From the NCBI GenBank assembly GCA_964016885.1, contig OZ024742.1, positions 252,774,001-252,838,000 of the forward strand: a stretch of DNA of 64,000 nt, in the 5' to 3' direction. Each line of letters opens with the position of its first letter. The stretch's first letter is position 1. The translations under genes were made by a program, and so were the position numbers. Shown one piece after another: positions 53,842 to 64,000 of this stretch. The notes below the pieces were generated by a model, which worked only from the letters and a program-made list of their open reading frames with translations, was not told where the DNA came from and made no database searches. Source of the stretch: Eledone cirrhosa. Taxonomy: Eukaryota.

Positions 53842-55783
53842 CCGCCCTTTATCCTCCGACCCCACTCCTGGATATCAACAATTCGTGTCCTCCACCATCC
53901 ACGAGCTCATCTCCTCTCTCCTACCCACCACAGTTACCAACCCTATTGTACGCACCCCTCGCACACCCACCATCTACTTCCTCCCCAAAATATACAAATA
54001 AAATAATTCCGGCCGTCCTATCGTTTCTGCGTGCAACTGCCCCACCGAGATAATTCTGAATATTTAGACACCATCCTCGCCCTGTTGGTCGGTAATCTCC
54101 CCTCCCACATTCACGATACCAATCATGCCCTTAGACTCTTCAAATCCTTCTCCTTCCCCCCTGGTCTCTCTTGCCTTCTCTTTATCGTCCACATCACCTC
54201 TCTCTATACCGTCATCCCTCATGATGACGGCCTCCGTGCTCTCCAGCATTTTTTAGACTTACGCCCTACCCCTTACCCCAGCACTACCACTCCTTTCCGT
54301 CTGGCTGAGCTTGTTCTCACCCTCAATGGCTTTTCTTTTTCTGGTGAAATCTATCAGCAGGTCTCTGGGGTAGCGATGGGAACCAGAATGGGTCCAAACT
54401 ATGCCAACCTGTTTGTTGACTATGTCGAAGCCCAGATCTTCTCCCAGTACGCTGGACCGACTCCTGAGCTATACGGTCGTTATATCGACGCCTGTATCAG
54501 TGCCACCACTCTATTACGAGAACAGCTCAACTGCTTTCTTTCTTTTGTCCTATCTTTCCACCCTACTCTCACTTTCACCGCCTCCATCTCTGATTCTTCT
54601 GTTGCTTTTCTAGATATCTCTCTATCTATTAATCACTCTCACCACACCCTCTCTACTTCCATCTTCATTAAACCAACAGACTCCCACTCTTACTGCGACT
54701 TCACCTCCTCCCACACCAAACACTCCATACTCTATTCCCAATTCCTCCATCTTCGTCGACTCTGTAGCCAGGACAACGATTTCGAAACCCATTCCCTTCG
54801 CATGGCTTCCTGCTTCCTCCAGCGTGGATATCGCCCCACCCTGATCCAAGCTGCTCTAACCCGCGCCCATGAAACTGACCCTACAACATCCCTCTCACCT
54901 CACCCCCTCCCTCCCAACACCCGCGTTCCTTTCCCTCTCACCTGCCACCCCATCACCCTACCGCTCCGGCGATATATCCTCTGTTCCTTCTGCATCCTCT
55001 CTTCTGAGCCTGTCACTTCTAGCTTTTTTTCTAAACTCACCCATTACTGTTTTTAAGCGCGCCTGCAACCTCCATGACTTTCTGGTTTGCAGTTCCTTTT
55101 CGTACTCTCCTACGACTCCACCCGGCTCTCATCCTTGTTCTTGTTCCTGCTGCAACACTTGTCCCTTCATTTCCACCCTCATCACTCTTACAGGCCCTAA
55201 CGGGTCTTTCCGTATCTGCCACTCTTTCACCTGCACATCCACCCACATTGTCTATGCCCTCCAGTGTTCCCTTTGCGGGTCTTTATACATCAGACAAATG
55301 GGACGCCGTATGGTGGACCGATTTGCTGGGCATTTGAGAGACATACGTCTCGGTTTGGATATTCCTGTCACCCATCATTTCTGTTCCCTACATGTTTCAG
55401 TCCTGGGTGTCCATTTACATCATGGATCACAGGCCTCACACACCAGGACTGAACAAAGTCTGATTCACCGCCTTGGGTCCTATTCTACTCTTGGACTCAA
55501 CTCACCTCCCCAATTTCTCTAATACCCTGTCCATTATCACACGCGCTTGTACATTCACCCCTAGATTCCTATCGCTCTCTCTTGATCATTAACATCTTCT
55601 CTTACAATTAATACAGACCGACTATATATGCTCACTCCACTTTTCCCTTCACTGCTCTGTATACACACATACACACCCTTATATTAACATACTTTTGCTC
55701 CTAGCTTCATACTTACATGCACACACACTCTTTTACTAACATATACACACTCATTTCTTCTTAGCTTCGTACGGACGTATAAT

Positions 55784-55842
<59 letters not shown>

Positions 55843-56155
55843 TTACGTACGTGCACAAGTATAGCTCCATCATCCACTTTTCTAAAAAATAAATCATACA
55901 CAAAACGCCAGCACCAACAGTTTTGCAAGAGATGTCAACATGAATGGACCTGTTATTTTCATCTAAAGACATTTTTTCCAATTCCAACCCGTCCGTCCCC
56001 TCAATCTATCTTATTTTTCATTCTTTCTTCTGATGAAGGACTAGCGTACGAAACGTTAAGATCCTCTTCCTGCTATATCAAGTGTTAACCTGATATATCC
56101 CTTCCATATACTGTACCGATTGTGTTGTTATTTCTGTTTACCTTTTACATACATA
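53838..56155 (+). mobile_element. Penelope-like element (Neptune-type), RT plus GIY-YIG, decayed, with 3' pLTR
   Basis: GRPIVSACNCP, SLYTVIPH, GVAMGTRMGPNYANLF, RYIDA (catalytic D lost), AFLDI, KPTDSH, CSCCNTCPFI and IVYALQCSLCGSLYI. Confidence 0.88.
56026..56061 (+). ncRNA. Minimal type I hammerhead in a Penelope pLTR
   Basis: TCTT CTGATGA A GGAC TAGC GTAC GAAAC GTT AAGA; palindromic AACGTT replaces stem III. Confidence 0.6.
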
Positions 56156-56194
56156 TATTTTTCTAAAAAATAATTCTGTTTACCTTTTACACAG

Positions 56195-56233
<39 letters not shown>

Positions 56234-56234
<1 letters not shown>

Positions 56235-56550
56235 TAGTGGTTAGAGCATTGGCCTTGCAATCGAAAGGTTGTGAGTTCAATTCTCAGATCGGGTGATGTG
56301 TTGTTTCCTTGAGCAAGACACTTTATTTCACATTGCTCCAGTTTACTCAGCTGTAGAAATGAGATGATAGGGACAGGGGTCCCTATCATTCCACTGCAAA
56401 GTGGTCGTGGAGGTGCCACGGCAAAAAAGCACCCAGCACTCACTGTAAATGAGGTTGGTGTTAGGAAGGGCATCCAGCTGTAGAAATCAAGCCAGAATCA
56501 GTTCCCATCCCACCCTTGCAAGCAGGGAAAAGTGGACGTAAAATGAAATA
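56234..56550 (+). mobile_element. SINE family B copy
   Basis: Near-identical to 5084-5407. Confidence 0.88.
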
Positions 56551-56753
56551 TACATGAGAGGAATTCAGATCAATATACAATAGTTTCAACTCTGTTGCAC
56601 CACAACTACTCAAGGAAAGTATGTGTGAAAAAAAACCTGATCAGAACAGACATTTAAACGATAATGTTATGGAGACAACACACCCTAATCTCTTGTAACC
56701 TATAGCATAAAACAGGTAGAAAAATAGAGATAACAACCATTTAAACAGTTTAA

Positions 56754-56960
56754 CCCTTTAGCATTTACATTACTCTATATTCACAGTAAAGACTTTACCT
56801 CACATAACTATCTCACATAATATCGAAGCTATGAGACTTTGATGTTATTTATTTTGAGAACAATACCTTAACATTGGTATGAGCAGCTGATTACAGCTGG
56901 TTTGAACAGAAAGTGGTGAGAGAATTCTGGCTGGACATGGCTGGTTTAAATGCTAAAGGG
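56754..56960. mobile_element. piggyBac-type MITE
   Basis: TTAA|CCCTTTAGCATTTA...TAAATGCTAAAGGG|TTAA, a perfect 14-bp TIR. Confidence 0.88.
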
Positions 56961-57069
56961 TTAACAGATAAACGTTATAGTACATAAATTACATTAGTAG
57001 ATCACCTATTTTTCATATCTATACTGCACATTTTCAAGCCAACGAAAAAAACTTACCAGTTACCATTAT

Positions 57070-57290
57070 TGGCAGATTGGCAGTATAGGTAGAGAGTCAG
57101 ACAACATGCTTTGCAGCATAGAGTTATACCCCTTTACATTGTGAGTTCAAATCCTGTCGAGGTTAACTTAGCCTTTCATCCTTACGGGGTCAATAAAATA
57201 AAGTATCATTAATGCATTGGTGTTGATTCAATTGACTTGTCCTCCTCCAAAATTGTTGGCCTTATGCCTAAATCAGAAACAATTATTATA
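57070..57290 (+). mobile_element. SINE family A copy
   Basis: Same head, body and tail as other family A copies. Confidence 0.8.
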
Positions 57291-57795
57291 AATCAATAAT
57301 CAACAATGGCTGTCATCAGTAGACCGTCCTATTAGTGACTCAAGATATCAGCTATCCTCAGAGATGTCAAAATCCTGATTGGTCTCCATGTTTGTTGTCA
57401 TAGTGGCTGCCACAGTATTGTAGCAGTCAATGGATAACAGTGGGTTTTGATGGGAATGCTAAAAATATTTCATCTCACACACCAATGAAATAACTCAACT
57501 GAATATATCAAATTATCAGGAGGAAAATATAACAGGAATTCAGATCGATATACGATAACTTCAACATATATTGTGGTTCTGTGATTATTCACTGATGATT
57601 TAAATCCATAAAAGCCTTTGGTTTTCCTTTAAATACATAATGCTCTGTGATGCTGGTTATTTTCCAATCTTTCCGATCTTACCTCATGGGCCTTACTTTC
57701 GATTTATTTGATCTGCATGATTAATAATTATAACAACATATTGAGCTTCCCAGCATCTTGCTAAGTCAAAACTATGTTGATATCTACAATTATAA

Positions 57796-57867
<72 letters not shown>

Positions 57868-57909
57868 ACCCACACCACACACATGCCACATATACAAATG
57901 CTTGCACAA

Positions 57910-58202
57910 ATGTCAAAAACGGAAAGAATTCATTTCCTGTAATATCTTTTAATGTACCCATGTATTCAGTTTATTTGTCCATACATATATGTCTTTGTAT
58001 CTACTTGTATTTATTTATATTAATCTGTTTTTTTCCTATCTAGCTTTACATCTGATATATCTAGACAGATACACAGATATATTAAAATAAACACAGATAC
58101 AAGCAGATACAATGAAACATATGTATATGCGTGGACAAGCAGATGACTATATGGATAAATTGAAAGATATTACAGGAAATGAACTCTTTCCGCTATCGAC
58201 AT
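57910..58202. repeat. Imperfect ~290-bp inverted repeat (MITE-like hairpin)
   Basis: CGGAAAGAATTCATTTCCTGTAATATCTTT pairs with AAAGATATTACAGGAAATGAACTCTTTCCG, and pairing continues inward. Confidence 0.75.
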
Positions 58203-59987
58203 ATTAAGCCTATTTATGTTACTCTGTACATGTTTAAGCAGTAATTATTTTATCATACAGTTAACCCCTGTTTATATAGTTCTAAATCTAATTTTATGCA
58301 ATAGGTTTACATTTTATGTCAAATACTACATGTGATTACATGATAAATGATGTTTAAAAGACTTAAAACATTAATAAAATGTTTAAAATAGCCTCATTAC
58401 AAATGTTTTACGGACTCAGCGAATATCAAACACTGGGTCATGGAACCTGTCTCAAAGATTTGTACTGTTCTAAAATTTTCTTAAAGCAAACTGTGTTTTA
58501 CTGTGTCTATCATTCCACCACCATTTTGGCATTTCGAGATAATTTCAGATATTTTAAAATATGAATGTTTTTAAATGAAAAACTAATGAAATCCTTACTT
58601 CTTGAGAGATTCCATTGTGGTTTTACTGCAACTAAACATAGTTAGTACAGTAAATAATCCCACATGAGACTAGGTTGAACCAATATCATTGCTAGTATAG
58701 CAGGTGTAACTAAAGAAAATGGCACTTATTGCAAGCAATGAAATTGCACCCCTGTCCAACACTGTATTTTCAACTATGGGCCTAATAATTTATATAAATA
58801 GTTTAATGATCCAGCCACTATAGTGTTCTCAGCCATGATAATGAAGGACAGATCATGCATCTGAAGAAATTCTTTTTTTCACTCTCTGGCGATAGCTTAT
58901 CTCACTTAATAGAAAATTCTCCCAGTCCAAATGGAGCAGCCCCACTTCAAGTGGTGCCCTTGTCACATGTCATGCTTGCCATACCCTAGTTATACCTCTG
59001 TGTGTTGAGCTTGTTTGAATATTACAGGATTGGGGATGATACTGATACAAAACTGGAACACTGATATAAATACACGCTTGAAGATACAAATAGACAGTGA
59101 ATTAGTAAAAAATAGGAGTGCATTACTTTCGCTATCTTATCTGTAGGGCTCATCTGACATATATCACCTAGACTGCTCCTCCTTACCCTCCCTCCCTTTC
59201 TTTCTAACCCTAACCCTAACCCATTTTTTAAAAACATTATATGATTTAATTAGACAAAGTACCTGGCAGTATTTATTTTGACTCCTTGCATTTTGACTTC
59301 TTGCCTTTCATCCTCCCAGAGCTGACATATATAGTACCAATCTGGAGTGATGGAGATTAGTGGAATGATTAAAGAGTCATATGAGATGCTTTGTGGTATT
59401 TCTTCTGGCTTTTTGGCATTCTAAGTGTTCAAAGGCCTGCCTGTGTGATAAACTTCATTTGTCTCCCAGTTTAATACCACTACCAAAACCTGGTCCTTTG
59501 GTACCTTTATCAGAGACTACTCTGTTGCAAACAAGTTTAACACTGCCATCCCCACCTGTTGCTTTGGTGCCTTTATCAGAGACCACTCTCTCTTTTATGA
59601 TAAACTTCATTTGTCTCCCAGTTTAATACAACCTCCAAAACCCAGTCCTTTGGTGCCTTTATCAGGGACCACTCTCTTGCAAACATTCAAACCAGATCAA
59701 TGGTTGAATAGAATAATGAAATAAAGACCTATTATTTTCTTTTTAAAAGAAATATTTTATCATAAGAATACACTGGAATAGTCTTTCTTTGTTTTCTTTA
59801 AACTTTCCATGACCTTATTTCTAATGAAATACACTGCATTTCAATTAATTAATGAGGAAATTGGAAAGATTTTCTGAAGTTATTAATTATTTCATTATTA
59901 AGATTGTATTTGTAACATGATTTAAAAAAAGCTTCTAATGTCAAATTATGTTGGGAGATTTAAATTTAAATGATAACCCTTCATTAA

Positions 59988-60208
59988 CCCTTTAGCATTT
60001 AAACTAGACATATCTGGCCAGAATTCTCTCACCTCTTTCTGTTCAAACCAGCCATAACTGGCTGCTCATACTTAAGTTAAAGTATTGTTCTCAAAATAAA
60101 TGATATCAAAATCTCGTAGATTCAATATTATGTGAGATAATTATGTGAAACAATGTGTTTATTGTGAAAATACAATATTGAATATAGAGTAATATAAATG
60201 CTAAAGGA
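59988..60208. mobile_element. piggyBac-type MITE nested in a relative of 25490-25728
   Basis: TTAA|CCCTTTAGCATTTA...TAAATGCTAAAGGA|TTAA. Confidence 0.8.
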
Positions 60209-60507
60209 TTAAAATAAGAACAGTTTTGAGTGGATTGATATCAAAATAGTTAAGTTGGTATAAACAAGCTCAAGTTCTGTTTCATCAGATGTATTCTGCC
60301 AAATCATTACAGGATGTTAAGAGTTAACTTTAATAACACCAATAACTAGAATTAAAGATAAAACTATAGGAAGTGAAATAAAAGATTTAGGAATTGCAAA
60401 AACATATGTCATAAATGTTGCACATGGACTCTACTAAATGTCAGCTTTTGACCTTTCTCATAGATATTGAAATAACTATTTCAAAACATTTAAGAATTAT
60501 TATTATC

Positions 60508-60860
60508 AGATTGGCAGTATTGGTAGAGGGTTGAACGCCATGTTTTGCAGCAAAGAGTTATGGCGCTTTACAATCTGAGTTCAAATTCCGCCGAGGTTAA
60601 CTTTGCTTTTCATCTTTACGGGGTCGATAAAATAAAGCACCAGTAATGTACTGGGGTAATTGCTGGCCTTGTGCCAAAATTAGAAACAATTATTATATTA
60701 TAGAGAGGTTGATGGATTGGCAGTATTGGTAGAGCGCCAGACAAAATACTCTGTGGCAAATATAGCTACAGCCCTTTATGTTCTGAGTTCAAATCCCACT
60801 AACGTTAGATTTGCCTTTCCTCCTTCTGGGGTTGATAAAATAAAATACCACTCAGTGAAC
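60508..60860 (+). mobile_element. Two tandem SINE family A copies
   Basis: GATTGGCAGTATTGGTAGAG at 60509 and 60715, each followed by GAGTTCAAAT. Confidence 0.8.
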
Positions 60861-60904
60861 TAACATTCTATCCTATGTGAAAGCCACATTGGTAAGACAT
60901 TCGT

Positions 60905-61185
60905 GGAGGTGTGTGGTCTAGTGGAAAAGGTGTTGGACTTGTGATTGTAATGCTGTTGGCTTGATTCTTGGATAGTGTTGTGTTCTTGAGCAAAACACTT
61001 CATTTCATGTTGTTCCTGTATACTCAGTTGAAAATGAGTACCAGCAGCAATAGCTGGGGGTTTAACCCTGCAATGGACTGGCATTGTGTCCAAGAGGGCG
61101 TCTTGTACTCTCAGTTGCTTAAGCCATCGAAACTGGGATAAACACTGGCCTTTTGATTCTCTGGAATTGAGACAGACTTTAGACT
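60905..61185 (+). mobile_element. Diverged tRNA-SINE with a V/Meta-domain-like core
   Basis: Head GTGGTCTAGTGG; TTGAGCAAAACACTT; CCCTGCAATGGACTGGCATTGTGTCCA resembles conserved SINE central domains (assignment from memory). Confidence 0.55.
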
Positions 61186-61485
61186 TAGACAAAACAGGGC
61201 TGTGACTACATCATATTAATCTAATACTGCACAGTTTCAGAATCATCTGTCTGCTAGGAAAGATATTATAAACATTAGAATTAATAAACCAGTTTTTAGT
61301 TATTTTATGCTAAATCATTATAAGATGTTAAGAGTTAAATCAGATTTGAGTATGATTTTGATATTTTTTATGTAGGTGATTAAAATAGATAGGGGTAGAT
61401 AGGATTTGGTCTTTTCTAGACTGGTGAGTAGTAACTTCAGAGTTAGACATAGAGTCATTAGACAACTTACAGAAGGACAGAGTGT

Positions 61486-61604
61486 AAACTAAAAGAAGGT
61501 ATTGGCAAACATAGGTTATAGGGATGATGAGAAGATGTAGAGGACACCTGTGAATTTCTACAAGACAACTTGCTACAAACATTATTATCATCACCAGTAT
61601 CAAT

Positions 61605-61656
<52 letters not shown>

Positions 61657-61658
61657 AT

Positions 61659-61710
<52 letters not shown>

Positions 61711-61742
61711 ATATCATCATCATCATCATCATCATCATCAGT

Positions 61743-61777
<35 letters not shown>

Positions 61778-61865
61778 TATCATCACCATCATTATCATCA
61801 CCATCATTATCATCATCATCAATATCATTATCATTATCATCACCATCATTATCATCATCATCAAT

Positions 61866-61896
<31 letters not shown>

Positions 61897-62356
61897 ATAT
61901 CATCATCATTATCATCAACATCATTATCATCATTATCATTATTATCAACAACAACATCATTATCATCCTCACTACCACCATCAACACCACCAGCACTGCT
62001 GCCGCCGCCATCTTGTCCTCTCAGTTGTTTAATGCTCAGGGAAACTGTGAGACAGACTTAAGACTTTTTCTTTAACTTAGATGGTGATGCTGATGCTGAT
62101 GATGGTGATGATGATGATGATGACGAAGACGACGACGATGATGATGATGACAACGATGATGATGACAACGATGATGATGGTGATGATGACGAAGATGACG
62201 ACGATGATGATGATGACGATGATGATGATCATGACAATGATGATGATGATAATAATGTTTGTAGCAAGTTGTCTTGTAGAAATTCACAGGTGTCCTCTAT
62301 ATCTCCTCATCATGTGACTCCCTATAACCTGTTTGCCAATACCTTCTTTTAGTTTA
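61486..62356. repeat. Inverted duplication whose arms include long (CAT)n/(GAT)n tracts
   Basis: 61486-61590 is the reverse complement of 62245-62356; (CAT)n 61585-61990 faces (GAT)n 62080-62250. Confidence 0.85.
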
Positions 62357-62408
62357 TGATGATGATGATGATGATGTGTAGGGATTGCATGTGTGTGCTG
62401 TTGAAGCA

Positions 62409-62829
62409 GACAAGATTGACAAGATTGACAAGATTGACAAGATTGTCAAGATTGTCAAGATTGACAAGATTGTCAAGATTGTCAAGATTGACAAGATTGT
62501 CAAGATTGACAAGATTGTCAAGATTGTCAAGATTGTCAAGATTGTCAAGATTGACAAGATTGTCAAGATTGTCAAGATTGTCAAGATTGACAAGATTGTC
62601 AAGATTGTCAAGATTGCCAAGATTGACAAGATTGTCAAGATTGTCAAGATTGACAAGATTGTCAAGATTGACAAGATTGTCAAGATTGTCAAGATTGTCA
62701 AGATTGACAAGATTGTCAAGATTGTCAAGATTGTCAAGATTGACAAGATTGTCAAGATTGTCAAGATTGTCAAGATTGTCAAGATTGTCAAAATTGTCAA
62801 GATTGTCAAGATTGACAAGATTGACAAGA
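62409..62829. repeat. 9-bp minisatellite (GWCAAGATT), about 46 units
   Basis: Units differ almost only at one A/T position. Confidence 0.95.
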
Positions 62830-62945
62830 ACACACTGGATGATGTTATAGAGATATCTTTGTTCATTGAGTCAGCATAGCTGTTTGGATATCTATATATT
62901 TTCATAGCTACTCCATTCTTTGTATTTAGCAGACTTAACACTTCA

Positions 62946-64000
62946 ACACACACATAGATACACACACACATATACACACACATACATACACACACAAATA
63001 CACACACATACACGATCATGCATGCATACACATGCACGAACAGACACACACACAAACACACACACAAACACACATACACATACTCATATTCACACAAACT
63101 CATACACACACACACAAACACAAATACACACACAGACACACACATGCACAAAATCACGCACACACACACACACACATACATATGCATACACACAAACACA
63201 CATACTCATACACACACATACACACACATACACACAAATACACACACATACACACACATGCACGAACACACACACACACACATGCACGAACACACACACA
63301 CACACACACACGCATATACACAAATACACACACAGACACACACATGCACAAAAACACGCACACACACATACATACGCATACACACAAACACACATACTCA
63401 TACACACACATACACACACATACATACGCACAAATACACACACATACACACACATGCACGAACACACAAACACACACATGCATGAACACACATATACACA
63501 TACATACTCATACACACAAACATACAAACACACACATACACATGAATACACATACATACATACACATACACACACTCATACACACACACATACAAACACA
63601 CGCATACACACAAACACAAGCACTTATAAATTTACACATGCATACACACACATTCACAAACATACACATGCATGAACGCACATACATACATAAACATAAA
63701 CACACATGCACAAACATACACATACATACATACACATACACACAAACACACATACTCATACACACACACATACAAACGCCCGCATACATACAAACATATA
63801 AATACATACACACAAACACAAACACTCATAAATATACTCATGCATACACACACATGCACAAACACACACTCACAAACACACACACACATGAACACACATA
63901 TACACACAAACAAAAGCATACACATACATACACACATATACACAAACACACACTCACAAATACACACACACATGAACACACATACACACACACAGAAAGA
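62946..64000. repeat. Degenerate (CA)n low-complexity tract
   Basis: Directly visible; all ORFs here are artefacts of the repeat. Confidence 0.95.

Noticed and set aside
59205-59223. Interstitial telomeric repeat (CCCTAA)
   Set aside because: Only about three units; expected by chance or slippage.
61340-64000. Poly-His, poly-Met, poly-Ser, DKI/VKI and HT/CV ORFs as proteins
   Set aside because: They are translations of micro- and minisatellites that lack stop codons by composition.

Overview
Repeat-saturated, AT-rich eukaryotic (animal) genomic DNA with a 200-N scaffold gap (49949-50148). The repeat repertoire (RTE LINEs, RTE-tailed tRNA-SINEs, several Penelope-like elements, (TA)n/(CA)n/(CAT)n microsatellites) looks like a coleoid cephalopod (octopus); the organism is an inference. 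No host gene could be established; one candidate terminal exon lies at 904-997. Main elements: an RTE LINE with a single nonsense codon and a PHD finger inside its RT (5431-8280); a fully open 996-aa RTE LINE (17700-20864, minus); at least six Penelope-like (RT/GIY-YIG) copies or fragments; a complete but decayed Chapaev3-like DNA transposon with TIRs and TTA TSD (26626-29271); a decayed L1/Tx1 element; a decayed BovB-like RTE; piggyBac-type and mariner-type MITEs; foldback elements; and an 87-bp 18S rRNA fragment. The most interesting signal is non-coding and invisible to the ORF track: a set of type I hammerhead ribozymes. These include a perfect tandem 310-bp highly structured repeat with an intact hammerhead core in each unit (retrozyme/circRNA-like, 23882-24519), a diverged relative with compensatory base changes (37005-37372), and Penelope pseudo-LTR hammerheads carrying the rarer U3-A8 core (UUGANAA). 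All calls were made by eye; no search or folding program was run.
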